This document shows positions 38,841-49,492 of a DNA stretch of 64,000 nt, piece after piece (the first letter of the stretch is position 1; each line of letters begins with the position of its first letter). This DNA is from a virus (Duplodnaviria > Caudoviricetes). Location: the IMG/VR virus record IMGVR_UViG_3300007516_001784, positions 1 through 64,000 of that record; one strand, given 5' to 3'. Made by a program: the position numbers and the translations under genes. The notes under the pieces are model-generated. The model did no database searches. It saw only the letters and a program-made list of their open reading frames with translations, and was not told where the DNA came from.

Positions 38841-38874
38841 TTTCTGACATGAGGCATAGCGTTTCGCTTAGCCT

Positions 38875-39360
38875 TTGGTGCAAGGGGAACTGTATATGGT
38901 TGACGCTTCGTTTGAATACGAGGGCAATTTTGGCTCTCTTAAAGTGGTTACCCACTTTGATACTACGCATGTCATTAGCTGTATCAAGCATGACGGCGAG
39001 CACTTTCGTTTAGGCGGCACAGCCGTAAATGAAGTCGCGGTCCACGAAGGCGTCATCCTCAATATTCCTCTTTCCACTTTTCGAGCGTTTACATCTAACG
39101 GTCAAGCTTTTGATAGCCGTGGTGTTTTATCTCCAGAAAATTGGAGCGACGCCGATCTGCACTGTTATGTGCATGAGTATTATCCACTCGATATGGAGGG
39201 CAAGGAGCCAGAGTGGTTTGTGGCTAGTCGTTTATTGCAGAACGCCCATCGCATTTTCGTGAATCTTGACGTACTTGATGGTGGTGGCAATTTGATTAAG
39301 AGATATAGAATGTCTCCATTTACTGGAGAGCATGTAGTATTGGAGTACGTCAATGGTTAA
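38875..39360 (+). CDS. Hypothetical protein (ATG 38897 region/TTG start uncertain)
   Basis: 161-aa ORF overlapping the next gene; AAGGGG SD-like sequence before the internal ATG. Confidence 0.6.
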   Translation: MVQGELYMVDASFEYEGNFGSLKVVTHFDTTHVISCIKHDGEHFRLGGTAVNEVAVHEGVILNIPLSTFRAFTSNGQAFDSRGVLSPENWSDADLHCYVHEYYPLDMEGKEPEWFVASRLLQNAHRIFVNLDVLDGGGNLIKRYRMSPFTGEHVVLEYVNG

Positions 39361-42300
39361 TTTTCTAGATGATGGATCATTGATTGGTTTGTGGCCGCTA
39401 AACGAACCTAGTGGTGCGGCAATCTTTTTGAATTACTCTCCAGCTAGATCACGTTGCCCAAGCGGTATTTCTTTTGATTTTCATGTTGCTCAAGCAGAAA
39501 ATTCAAATAGTACGCAAGCTAAATCGTTGTGGCCAGGAACAACAAGCGTTTTTAATCCTGGCTCTGGTACTGTGTATAATGGGTATATGGTACAGGGATA
39601 TTGGAAGCTTGGTGCTAACTCTGCACCATTCAGTAAATATCTTGTTATGGGAAATGGCTGTTCTCAGACTCGTGCTCAGACACTTGCACCAAATATTAAT
39701 CAAAGCGGCATTACCGTTGGCATTTGGATTTACCCTAACAGTAACGGCTATTTGAATTATCTTGCAGACGCAAATACAGCGTCTTATAACGGACAAACCG
39801 AAGGGTTACGCTGTCATGCTTTGTATGCCCAGAAACAATTTGCATCAGTTGGTGGATGGCAAATCGGAGTTTCTGGTAATTTGCAGCAGGCTGCACAAAA
39901 TGGTTCCGTACAAAACAATCAGCAGCTAGTAGCTTATGCTAGCATTGAGAGAACAACTGGTTCTCCAACTGTCATCAAGACGCCTATTGAGTCTGGTAGA
40001 TATACGCACATTGCTTTTTCATATCGTTATATTAATGGTACCGCTGATGAGGTTGTGCTATACAAAGATGGTCGTGTAGCGGCTAGCGGTACAAGCAATA
40101 CTGGTGCTGGAGGTAGCAGCTCCACAAGTCTTGGCAATTCAACTCTTGTAACTCGTGCTCTTACTATTGGCGGTGGCGATAACGCCAATACTGGGACCAA
40201 TAACTATGGTGGCACCACTGGTTGGAATCATTTAGTCTCAGGAGCTTATTTATTCAGAAGAGTTCTTCATGAGGGCGAGGTATTGGATCTACATAGTGGA
40301 TCAACTTTGCAACCATTACAAGACAATATTGATAAGCCAATTAAGGTAGAACTTACTGATCCTCAATTACTTGCTCACTATCCATTTAGATCAGTTGGAT
40401 GGCCCGATGTTACAAAAAATCATAGACCGTTGATTTCAGTAACAGACGAAGGACCAACTCTTGGTTACATTCCTGTTCCCGGTCCATTTAAGGGCGGTGG
40501 AATGCTGCATAATGGAACGAACTCATTTGAGCATTTTGTTGCTACTAGTGGTTTGATATATGAGATGTTGTCTGGTAGAAGCTGGAGTATTGGCATTTTT
40601 GCTGGTCCAGTTAATAGCAACAACAGATCAAACAATATGATTGTGTCGATGGGCTCTGTATCTGCCGCTACTGTCACCGATCCTACTGTAATTAGTCAAG
40701 CGACGTTTGGTTTTGTATTGACACAAAACACTAATGCTCCAGTTACAACACGTTTTGAAGCATATCCATTGGGAGATTTGACAGACGATATTTATAGAAT
40801 TGATACAACATCAAGCGGCCTGTATAATGGAGTTGTTCATCATCATGGTATTGCTTATGATGATTCGACTAAAGGTATTGCTGTTTATCTAGATGGTGTA
40901 CTTCAAGGTAGTGGCATTCTTAAGCATTCGCTTACAGATCAACTGATTAGAGTTGCTGGTAGTGGATATCCATTAATGTTTGCAAATGGAGTTGCCAGTA
41001 CCATTAGTAATCAAGCAAGTCATGGTACGTTAGCTGCTGGTGGACAAGATACATTTCTTGGCCCTATTACTATTGTAGGTAGAGCGTTGTTGCCGCAAGA
41101 GTTTATGTATCTTGCACAAAGTGGTATTGATACGACTCCATTGTGGCGAACAATTCATGATACTCGACTGGTTGGTTATTGGCCTTGCTCCGATTATAAG
41201 ATAGATGACATTATTGTTGAAGATAGGGCTAGAGTTTGGAATATCTTTCCTGGTAACTTGACTAGAGGAGAGACTGACGTTAGATGGAATATCTATGCGT
41301 CTAATCCCTTGATTAGTGAATTTGCTACTCGTGGTACTATAGAGGCACTTTCAAGTTATGGTAATCTTGGTATTACATCAGGTGTATTTGGTGTACATGG
41401 ATTGAGTCCTGGCACGGCTGTTGTTTCAAATGCTACATCTGCTAGATCATCTATTGGTAATCTCTGTCAAAGATATAAGCCGGTCAATGAGGAATGTGAC
41501 ACGACTCCGCAGAATGCAATTGGTGATTTTGTTTTGAGCTATGAAGTGACTCCAAGTGGTCGTATCCCTAATACACCATTTGGTTTAACTGCCAATGCTA
41601 CTAAATTTGAAGCTAATTCAACGCTCAGTCTTTATGGTAATATGGGTGCCGGTACAACGGACGGAGAGTTGAGATCTTTCTTAACAACCGTTAATGAAGC
41701 ACAGGGCTCCGGTGTATCTTTGGTATTTGCCTCTAGAGTAGGTACTTATGGAGCAAACACAAACTACGTGTCTTTGGTGTCTGGAGTGGTACCATTTGGT
41801 GTTCCAAGTAAGATTTTGTTTCATACGAAATTTGATTCTCCATATGACAATAGCGATACACTAGGATCAACTCCATTAACAGTCACGCTTTGGATTAATG
41901 GCGTCGTTGTGCAGCGTAGACGCATGACTTCTGCAAGTGCAAGAGTGTGGGCTCCTGGTGGGACTGATAGTACCTCAGACAACTACCTCTTGCAATTTGG
42001 TGGAGAGGCTGGCAATGACACTTTTACAACTCAAATTGCAAGAGATGGCGGATTGGGAGATATTTATATGCGAGAAATGTTCCTCATGAGAGGAACGTTT
42101 GATACAGGTGAAATTCAAGCACTTGCTGTTAGTGGTATTCAGGTACCAACTATTACTGGATATACGCCGACACTTACCAAGACTCAAGTTGTTATTGGTG
42201 ATAATAATCTTGAAGGATACTGGCGATTCAATGGAGATGTACAGTATTCTGGTATTCGAGATTTGAGTCTTAAGGGAAATGATTTAGATCCTCTTGGTCA

Positions 42301-44158
42301 AAAGAATAACATTAACGGCGTTTCTTCTGCCGCAACACGAACTCTTAAGTTTTTGTCTGGACCATTAGCTAATTCAGATCTTGGAGTTCAATGCAGTGGC
42401 ATTACATATGCCGGTCAGAGTAATGGCTCGACTAATCTTGTACCGCCATTTGCCGTCTCGGGAGTTGCTTTTGATTCTCCTCAAAATGGATTTTCTGTTG
42501 GCTTTTTAATGTCAAAGAGAAATTCGCCAGCCGGTAATACGCAAGAAACTATGCTTTGTTATGGCACAGTAGGTGCTAATGGTGCTACGAATAGTATAGT
42601 AGACTTCAATAAAGGATGGACTATTTATGCTGACGAAACCAACAACATCAAAATGTTGGTATCTGTTGGTGGTACATCCTACTTTAAAAACCTTTCCAAT
42701 GCAGCACAATCAGGACAGATTGTATGTGGCTCATTTGACGGTGCGTCAATTTATTCTGATTTGACTCGTTTCAATAATTACGAATTTGGTAACTCTAAAC
42801 CACCACGTATTGATTTTTGGAGTCATTATTGTTGGACATATGATTCATCTAGCAAAGAGTTAGTCTGTTATGTGAACGGACAAGAGGTTGATAGAAAACC
42901 AACTCAATATGATGTTGATCCGCTTAATGGCGGCCCTCCGTCTGGATTGAATCCGTTGATTCCTGTCAATCCTGCGGCACGCATGATTACGTTCTTCTCG
43001 CCTCAAATGTCTGCACCATGGGACTTTAGTGCTTCCAATCTTAATGATGAAAATACTATTTTGACAGATGTGTTCTACTTTTCTCGTACACTTTCTGAGC
43101 CTGAAGTTAGATACATTTCTCAAAATGGAATTGACGACTCTCAACGTATTACCGTCAGCGGCCTTATTGGTGGATACGTAGTAGGATCTGATGTTGGATC
43201 TGGCTTAATTGGCGGTTACCAACGTGGACAAGACTCTGTGTCTGGTATTATTGGTGCGATGAGCTTTGGTGCTTTTGATGCATCCGGCATTATTGGTGGA
43301 TATGTTTCTGGTGTGATGTTTGAAAGCACTGTTTCTGGTGTTGTTGGTGGTTACATTCATGGATATGATTTTGGCTCTGGTATAATTGGTGGCTATATCA
43401 TAGGTACTGGATCAGTTAGTGGAATTTTTGGTGGATTCGTACTTGGTGGATTGCGTGGTAGCATGCAATTCGATGGTGGCTTTACAGTACAGGCCATTGC
43501 CGCTCAAGATTTCGATTCACAACTTGTAATTCGTCAGGCAACAAACGCTGACTTTGATGCTAAGATAGTCATCTTTCAGGTAGAGACGGGACCACTTGTT
43601 GATATCATTACGCCTAACGCTACAGTCAGTGGAGTGACGGCACCATTCAATCAGTACTTTGTTGGTGCTGCATCTGGTACACAAGGTAAGTCGATTGTAC
43701 AAGCACGCTGGACATTTGGAGATTTAACACCCGCCGTTACAGTTCCGGAAAGTGGTGCCGGTTTCTATCCCAATCAGCATTACTATGCTAGTAGTGGTTT
43801 CTTTATTGCCAAGTTTGAGGCCATTGATTCTAATGGTCTTCATGGCTCAGCTACACGCATCATCAATGCCACTTCTGGTATTAGTCCTGTTATTATTAGC
43901 GTGTCTGGTGTACCTCGTTCTGGAAATGCAGCTTTGATTGTAGACTTCACAACAACTGTCGATAATTTGCCACCTGGAGTTGCGATCAACGCCAGTTTGT
44001 TGAATTTTGATGATGGGCAGTCTACGATTACATTTAACCCAACTCACGTTTATTCTGAACCGGGTACTTATAAGCCGATTTGGTGTGTACGTGATTCTCG
44101 TGGTGTGATTTGGTGTGATAGCTTGGAAGCCGGTAACGACTTCTTGAAAGAGATCTAG
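39353..44158 (+). CDS. Large virion protein with LamG/concanavalin-like domains and C-terminal PKD domains
   Basis: Repeated domain starts LIGLWPLNE, LLAHYPF, LVGYWP and LEGYWRFNG; HIAFSY...LYKDG, AVYLDG, CYVNGQEV; C-terminal WTFGD...HYY and FDDG...PTHVYSEPGTY PKD motifs. Confidence 0.8.
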   Translation: MVNFLDDGSLIGLWPLNEPSGAAIFLNYSPARSRCPSGISFDFHVAQAENSNSTQAKSLWPGTTSVFNPGSGTVYNGYMVQGYWKLGANSAPFSKYLVMGNGCSQTRAQTLAPNINQSGITVGIWIYPNSNGYLNYLADANTASYNGQTEGLRCHALYAQKQFASVGGWQIGVSGNLQQAAQNGSVQNNQQLVAYASIERTTGSPTVIKTPIESGRYTHIAFSYRYINGTADEVVLYKDGRVAASGTSNTGAGGSSSTSLGNSTLVTRALTIGGGDNANTGTNNYGGTTGWNHLVSGAYLFRRVLHEGEVLDLHSGSTLQPLQDNIDKPIKVELTDPQLLAHYPFRSVGWPDVTKNHRPLISVTDEGPTLGYIPVPGPFKGGGMLHNGTNSFEHFVATSGLIYEMLSGRSWSIGIFAGPVNSNNRSNNMIVSMGSVSAATVTDPTVISQATFGFVLTQNTNAPVTTRFEAYPLGDLTDDIYRIDTTSSGLYNGVVHHHGIAYDDSTKGIAVYLDGVLQGSGILKHSLTDQLIRVAGSGYPLMFANGVASTISNQASHGTLAAGGQDTFLGPITIVGRALLPQEFMYLAQSGIDTTPLWRTIHDTRLVGYWPCSDYKIDDIIVEDRARVWNIFPGNLTRGETDVRWNIYASNPLISEFATRGTIEALSSYGNLGITSGVFGVHGLSPGTAVVSNATSARSSIGNLCQRYKPVNEECDTTPQNAIGDFVLSYEVTPSGRIPNTPFGLTANATKFEANSTLSLYGNMGAGTTDGELRSFLTTVNEAQGSGVSLVFASRVGTYGANTNYVSLVSGVVPFGVPSKILFHTKFDSPYDNSDTLGSTPLTVTLWINGVVVQRRRMTSASARVWAPGGTDSTSDNYLLQFGGEAGNDTFTTQIARDGGLGDIYMREMFLMRGTFDTGEIQALAVSGIQVPTITGYTPTLTKTQVVIGDNNLEGYWRFNGDVQYSGIRDLSLKGNDLDPLGQKNNINGVSSAATRTLKFLSGPLANSDLGVQCSGITYAGQSNGSTNLVPPFAVSGVAFDSPQNGFSVGFLMSKRNSPAGNTQETMLCYGTVGANGATNSIVDFNKGWTIYADETNNIKMLVSVGGTSYFKNLSNAAQSGQIVCGSFDGASIYSDLTRFNNYEFGNSKPPRIDFWSHYCWTYDSSSKELVCYVNGQEVDRKPTQYDVDPLNGGPPSGLNPLIPVNPAARMITFFSPQMSAPWDFSASNLNDENTILTDVFYFSRTLSEPEVRYISQNGIDDSQRITVSGLIGGYVVGSDVGSGLIGGYQRGQDSVSGIIGAMSFGAFDASGIIGGYVSGVMFESTVSGVVGGYIHGYDFGSGIIGGYIIGTGSVSGIFGGFVLGGLRGSMQFDGGFTVQAIAAQDFDSQLVIRQATNADFDAKIVIFQVETGPLVDIITPNATVSGVTAPFNQYFVGAASGTQGKSIVQARWTFGDLTPAVTVPESGAGFYPNQHYYASSGFFIAKFEAIDSNGLHGSATRIINATSGISPVIISVSGVPRSGNAALIVDFTTTVDNLPPGVAINASLLNFDDGQSTITFNPTHVYSEPGTYKPIWCVRDSRGVIWCDSLEAGNDFLKEI
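43157..43450 (+). repeat. Seven approximately 14-aa SG(L/I/V)(I/V/F)GG repeats within the LamG/PKD protein
   Basis: SGLIGGY, SGLIGGY, SGIIGAM, SGIIGGY, SGVVGGY, SGIIGGY, SGIFGGF. Confidence 0.85.
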
Positions 44159-44160
44159 AC

Positions 44161-47100
44161 ATGAATATTCTAGTGTCAGATGGCATTGTAGTTAGCGGCG
44201 TGGGAGTGCCGCTGAATGGCATTGCGTTCCCTTCTGGTCAGTTTGGATTTGGTGTACCGGGTTCTCAACTCGCTGCCTTCTTGTTGTCAGCAAATGCTGC
44301 GTTTGGTTTCAATGTCACGCCTCATAATTTACAAACAGAATGGGTACCAATTGGGCCTCCTGAAACTTTTCATGGAGCTAGTGGACAGTTACCTGAAATT
44401 GGCAAGCCAATAGAAGTGTTCATTGGTGATTTCTATTTCCGTGGAAGTGTAGTTCATTCGGATTATACGACTGGCATGGGAGGAACTGTCGTCAACATCA
44501 CTCTTGAAGACGATCGTCGTAATTTGCGTCGTGTCAAAATTCATACGGAAGATCTTGGACAAAGTGTTCCAAGTGGAGTGGTTTCCGTCGCGAGAGCATT
44601 CCGTATTTTGAATGGTCTTGAAGACATCAATGGTAATCCATCGGAACCGCTTGTAAAAGAATATGATCGTATTTTGCAATTTGGTGGCACGTACGACCAA
44701 ATCTTGGCTGCAATCGACCTCACCTATAACGAAGGCAATTCATCTGTTCCGGTCTCTATTCTTCCAACTGTAGAACAGATCGAGAAGAACGTTGGCGGTA
44801 CAGTCAGAGCTATACGTTTTCAGTTCAACCTTGATCCTTTAGATGATGTATTGTCACGTATTCTTTTAGATACTGGTTACGACTGGTACTGGAATATGGA
44901 CGCTCAGCGTGTATCTCTCATCAACAAGAAGATTCAGTTTGATATCAGTGAAGCTGAAATTCTGAACTTGGTGTCGAAATTTGGTAGCCAGTCTGGCTTA
45001 AACGAAACTAAGCAACTTGGCTTTGGTCATGACGTTGTGCCGGATCCTACACGTTTTCGTGTTCTTGGCGGTCACCAAGAAGGCTTCATTAATTCTGAAT
45101 TACTTAGTCCGATTGACGGAATGGAAACGTCCGCACTTGATGGGAATGTTGTGTTCTCAAAAGCTTGGGACAAGTTGAGCGTTGGCTTTTATGATGCCGA
45201 TGGATACTTTCGTACGTACATGCCCACTGAGAAAGAGTTACAGCTTGCACTTGCTGGTATTGAGCAATGGACGTACTACAAAATCTATCAAACGCCTAGC
45301 GGTACGGCCAATCCACCGGGGTATGGCTTTCCGCCCGACAATGGTTCTATTGCCGCTCAAAATTCATCGTTCCAAAGTCGCTTAGATCCGAACATGCCGC
45401 TCGCCGGTATTGCTACTGGTGCAGCCGAATCTGGTCTACGAGTGATCAGTAATCGTAGAGATCAAGAGCAAAACTGGGTTATTGCATTCTTCAATAGAAT
45501 TCGTGACCACGCTTCGCGTCACTATGGTCGTTCGTATGTGGTTGAAGGACTACTATACAATCAAGCCTCTGGCTTGTTTCATCTTGTTGACGCTGCCTGG
45601 GCGAACGTTGAAAATCAAGTACAAGGCTATTCGCTGTCTGCTTCTGGCACCGTGACTACGAGTGGCGTATTCTTTGAAGATTACGAGATTAATCGCGATC
45701 TCGGGCCCGTGAGTCCATTCGTGACCGAAGACTTTAGAGTGCGTGCGTATTGCGTACTGCCACAAAGCACTGTGTACGGTCCACTTGGAGATGACAATCC
45801 AGCGAGCTTTGCCAATTGGACAGAAGACGCACCGCCATTTAATCCAAGTGGTGATGGCAGACACTATATTCCCGTGACATTGCAAGACGTTGGAGATCGT
45901 GTAATAGATCCGCACAGCGAAGCAGATCTTTACGGTTTCGAGTCATATCCCAAGGGAACATTACTGTGTCAATTGCCGATTAATGCTGGTCCATCTGGCG
46001 GCATTGTCAATGACGGCATTATCTTTAACTTGGCGACGATGTTGACTACTATCAACAAGTTGACTGGTTCTGGATTACTAGACATTATTAATCCATCTCA
46101 GGTATTGAATGTGTACGACGCACTTTCTGGCGTCGCAATTCCCGTACAGTCTCGTCTTCGTTATGGACAAACATATCCAAGTCAGTGGGTTTTGGGCGAT
46201 CTTCATTATGAACGTCACGAAGATATACAGCTAGATGATCAGTTTGTTCCGTGGGCATTCTCTCCCGAGGGCAATCAAACGTCGCTGGCTATTATGACAG
46301 ATCGTGCTATTCGTCGCGTAGAAGGCAAGATTGTTCCCAAGTCTTCTTCTCGTTATGCTGACTTCCAGCAAGTTGGACTCCCGCTCTTGTCGTTTGATGC
46401 ATTTGCGGAACAAAACATTGGTCCTTCTGGACTGTACGGCGAAATTTCGCACGGCGTCAGTGAACTCAATATCAGTTTTGGCATCGACGGCTTCGTTACA
46501 CGTTACAAGATTCAGTCGTATTATCCTAAGTTTGGTCGCGAGGCCCCGCTTGGCGAGAGAGTTCGTGCCCAGCTCAATGGCATTCTGAATCCGATCGACT
46601 TTGCCGACTTGGCACTACTTGATCCCAATCCAGATAGAGCCAGTAATCCCACGTTGCCGGGCGACGTATTTGCTCCGCCAATCTTCTTCGATGGAGAGCA
46701 GAACGCTGTTCGCGTGACTATTACAGAAGTCAACAACATTTTCTCTCTTTCAAGCATACCGGGAACGGCAGTCGATGAACGCTATCGTGGTATTGATCAA
46801 CATCAATACACGAAGCCAACTACAGCACTTGACTCATCCAATATTGATTTCCGCGAAGGTGCAATTTGTATTGATGGCTTCTTGAACATTGATGATCAGG
46901 CTGTTTATCATACAGATAATTTTGAGTTACCCGATGGCAACATAATTTTGAGATACTTTACTCAGGGGCGTCCGTTTGCTAATGGCACAATTGTGCAAAT
47001 TGAACGTGTCAACGCTGACAATACTGCTAACTATGATGTAACGATTGTTGGTGGCACGAATGACAGAGCGGTATTTGATCTACCCGTCTTAAATGGCTCT

Positions 47101-47466
47101 ATTGTTGTTGGCCAGAAGACTACGCTTGCCGCTCAGGGTAATGCTAAAATTACTCCTGGCAATTCTGATGGTACTGTTTATCTGAATGGCACAGCATCAA
47201 GTGCCGCTGGTGTCGTGCCAGTTGAAATTGTTATTATGGCCAATCAGGGTACTCCACTTGCTAAGGCTATTTGCCGTCAACTTGATTACAATGGTCAAGT
47301 CATTACGTCTGGCGTGTTGTATTCTGAGGTTGTTCCAATTCCCTTTCCTCAATTTGCTGCGTCTGGTGACAGAGGATTCTTGGCCGCTGCCGTTGTTCCA
47401 AGTGGTGCCACTGAAGTAACTGTTAACTTTATCGAAATCGTCAAACCAGCTTTCCATAGGTTCTAA
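44161..47466 (+). CDS. Tail tip/baseplate hub-like protein (putative)
   Basis: 1101 aa; FYFRG...VNITLED.R and LDDVLSRILLDTGYDWY pattern of hub proteins. Confidence 0.6.
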   Translation: MNILVSDGIVVSGVGVPLNGIAFPSGQFGFGVPGSQLAAFLLSANAAFGFNVTPHNLQTEWVPIGPPETFHGASGQLPEIGKPIEVFIGDFYFRGSVVHSDYTTGMGGTVVNITLEDDRRNLRRVKIHTEDLGQSVPSGVVSVARAFRILNGLEDINGNPSEPLVKEYDRILQFGGTYDQILAAIDLTYNEGNSSVPVSILPTVEQIEKNVGGTVRAIRFQFNLDPLDDVLSRILLDTGYDWYWNMDAQRVSLINKKIQFDISEAEILNLVSKFGSQSGLNETKQLGFGHDVVPDPTRFRVLGGHQEGFINSELLSPIDGMETSALDGNVVFSKAWDKLSVGFYDADGYFRTYMPTEKELQLALAGIEQWTYYKIYQTPSGTANPPGYGFPPDNGSIAAQNSSFQSRLDPNMPLAGIATGAAESGLRVISNRRDQEQNWVIAFFNRIRDHASRHYGRSYVVEGLLYNQASGLFHLVDAAWANVENQVQGYSLSASGTVTTSGVFFEDYEINRDLGPVSPFVTEDFRVRAYCVLPQSTVYGPLGDDNPASFANWTEDAPPFNPSGDGRHYIPVTLQDVGDRVIDPHSEADLYGFESYPKGTLLCQLPINAGPSGGIVNDGIIFNLATMLTTINKLTGSGLLDIINPSQVLNVYDALSGVAIPVQSRLRYGQTYPSQWVLGDLHYERHEDIQLDDQFVPWAFSPEGNQTSLAIMTDRAIRRVEGKIVPKSSSRYADFQQVGLPLLSFDAFAEQNIGPSGLYGEISHGVSELNISFGIDGFVTRYKIQSYYPKFGREAPLGERVRAQLNGILNPIDFADLALLDPNPDRASNPTLPGDVFAPPIFFDGEQNAVRVTITEVNNIFSLSSIPGTAVDERYRGIDQHQYTKPTTALDSSNIDFREGAICIDGFLNIDDQAVYHTDNFELPDGNIILRYFTQGRPFANGTIVQIERVNADNTANYDVTIVGGTNDRAVFDLPVLNGSIVVGQKTTLAAQGNAKITPGNSDGTVYLNGTASSAAGVVPVEIVIMANQGTPLAKAICRQLDYNGQVITSGVLYSEVVPIPFPQFAASGDRGFLAAAVVPSGATEVTVNFIEIVKPAFHRF

Positions 47467-47467
47467 T

Positions 47468-49405
47468 ATGATATTAGTTTCTGGGTCTCCTCCTTATGAG
47501 TATGAATCTACTCTTCCAGTAAGGGCGGCCAATCCGTATACAACAACAGACGGCATTGGTGCGTCTGGTATATTACTGGAACAAGCTGAGTTTGTTATTG
47601 CGGCAGAGCTACGTAAGTTTTCTATTTCGCCTCATGATCCTTCTATTTTGCCAGACTATTTTACTTACACCAACACTAATGTTGCACCGTCTGGTCCATA
47701 TGAACCAAAATCTGATGGTAGCACCGTTAACAATCTGTTGAATCCGACTGTATTGTGCGTTAACAAAATTGAAGATTTACGTAACGCACTAGATTCTCTT
47801 TTTGCGGCATATGCCTTTGATACATTTGCTAACTATAAGTTTTTAGCTAGGGGTGACGTTCATAAAAGCGACTGGATTAGGCAGGCATTTCCACATAGCC
47901 CCAGCGGACACAATCCAATAGATTACTTTGGTAATCCAACAACTATTGGTGACTATCTCAGGCCATTGCCAGATATTGGACAGAATTTTGATACTGATCA
48001 ACATTATCTTGGCGGATCTGGAGTTCTTCTTGATATTGATTTTGCTGAGGTAATTTTTCAGCCCTATCCTTTTACTAGATTTACTAGTTTTGGTAACATG
48101 CAACCTGGAAGTCAACAATTTCTTGTTCAGTGTTCGCCATTGTTTCCTGCTTTTCAAAAGACTGATGGTAATGTTATCTCTACTAATGGCAGAGAACCTA
48201 CCAGGGCAGAAATTGAACAGTTCAACTCTAGTAGAGTTGCCGCCGACGCCTCACATGTTTCTTCTGGCTTTGTGCGATTAGATGGATATTGTTTACATCC
48301 TTCTAGCACTTACATGCTTGCACAATACACGGGTGAAAACTTTACACCATCTAATACAAATGACTTTGATTATTATACTGGAGAGCCGCGTTATGTTACA
48401 TTAGGTGGGCCAATTCCCATCAATGATAATTCATTAAGAGCTTTTATTGCCCCTCATGTAGCTGCTTCGGGTGTTTATCGTTTTGTTGTTAAAAACAGTA
48501 AAGCGGCGTTTCCAAAAACTGCCGTCGAATCTGGCATTGTTAGTATTTTTCCACCAGAAAATATTACATATCCTACGACTACTAACAGTGGTTTTGGTTA
48601 TCATGTTTTTGATGATGCTATTTGGATTACATCTAATTCAGGTGGGTCAACTCTAGATGGCCGCCCATCTGGACTCGCTGTCATGTCACCATTTACTGGA
48701 CATATGATGTGGGTATCTAAAGCGGAAGATGCAAATAAATGGGGTACGTCACGTGGACTTGCTCAAACTGGCACATCTTTGTATAGAGTTCAAAGAAATG
48801 TTTCTGCTGCTGCTGTTAATTTTACACAATATGATAGTGCAACATTAGACGAGCTATCTGTTACCAGCTCTGCATATGGTGGTGGTACCGGGCAATCAGT
48901 AGATCTATTTTTTGATGGCACTAACTATTGGATGACAAATACTCTTGTTGACTTCTATTATAGATTTGATGCTGCATTTGGATATACCGATGTACAAGTT
49001 CCTGCTCGTGGTGGGCGACGTGGTGCTTATATTAATGGTAAGTTGCTTGGATTTGGTGACACTGCTTCGGGTGGCATGACTAGTGGTATTGTTGAGTGGA
49101 CTTTTGCCGGTGGATCAACTACAGTAGTTGCAACTAAAAAAGTGAATGGTGCTCCATTTATTGGTAACAGGGCGTTTGGCGTTGTACATGACATGATTGA
49201 AGTGACTGGTGCTTCTCATGTTACTAATGGAACTTGGGCACTTGTCTCTTGGGGTACAACCTTTGGCAATCAAGATATTTACTTGGTACGATTAGAAGAG
49301 GCAGCTACAACCTGGGAAATATTAGCCTTCTATATTTTGGCACGAACACAAACAACTATTAGCGTTGGCTCTCTTTTAGACATTACATACATACCGATAC
49401 CTTAG
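47468..49405 (+). CDS. Putative receptor-binding/tail protein (beta-propeller-like C-terminus)
   Basis: 645 aa; DLFFDGTNYW-type blades; AT-richer codons. Confidence 0.55.
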   Translation: MILVSGSPPYEYESTLPVRAANPYTTTDGIGASGILLEQAEFVIAAELRKFSISPHDPSILPDYFTYTNTNVAPSGPYEPKSDGSTVNNLLNPTVLCVNKIEDLRNALDSLFAAYAFDTFANYKFLARGDVHKSDWIRQAFPHSPSGHNPIDYFGNPTTIGDYLRPLPDIGQNFDTDQHYLGGSGVLLDIDFAEVIFQPYPFTRFTSFGNMQPGSQQFLVQCSPLFPAFQKTDGNVISTNGREPTRAEIEQFNSSRVAADASHVSSGFVRLDGYCLHPSSTYMLAQYTGENFTPSNTNDFDYYTGEPRYVTLGGPIPINDNSLRAFIAPHVAASGVYRFVVKNSKAAFPKTAVESGIVSIFPPENITYPTTTNSGFGYHVFDDAIWITSNSGGSTLDGRPSGLAVMSPFTGHMMWVSKAEDANKWGTSRGLAQTGTSLYRVQRNVSAAAVNFTQYDSATLDELSVTSSAYGGGTGQSVDLFFDGTNYWMTNTLVDFYYRFDAAFGYTDVQVPARGGRRGAYINGKLLGFGDTASGGMTSGIVEWTFAGGSTTVVATKKVNGAPFIGNRAFGVVHDMIEVTGASHVTNGTWALVSWGTTFGNQDIYLVRLEEAATTWEILAFYILARTQTTISVGSLLDITYIPIP

Positions 49406-49409
49406 TGTA
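49402..49409 (+). promoter_or_regulatory. TTAGTGTA putative late promoter motif
   Basis: At the gene end, upstream of an AAGGA SD and ATG 49493. Confidence 0.55.
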
Positions 49410-49492
49410 TTAATATGTAGCATTGATATGACATCATAGCCGAACAAAGCGAAGCGTTCTTTTGATAGCTGAGCTTAACAAGGATAATTAAC

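Noticed and set aside
43157-43450. Diversity-generating retroelement repeat pair
   Set aside because: The repeats are protein-level tandem units; no reverse transcriptase or adenine-specific TR/VR pair was noticed in this window.
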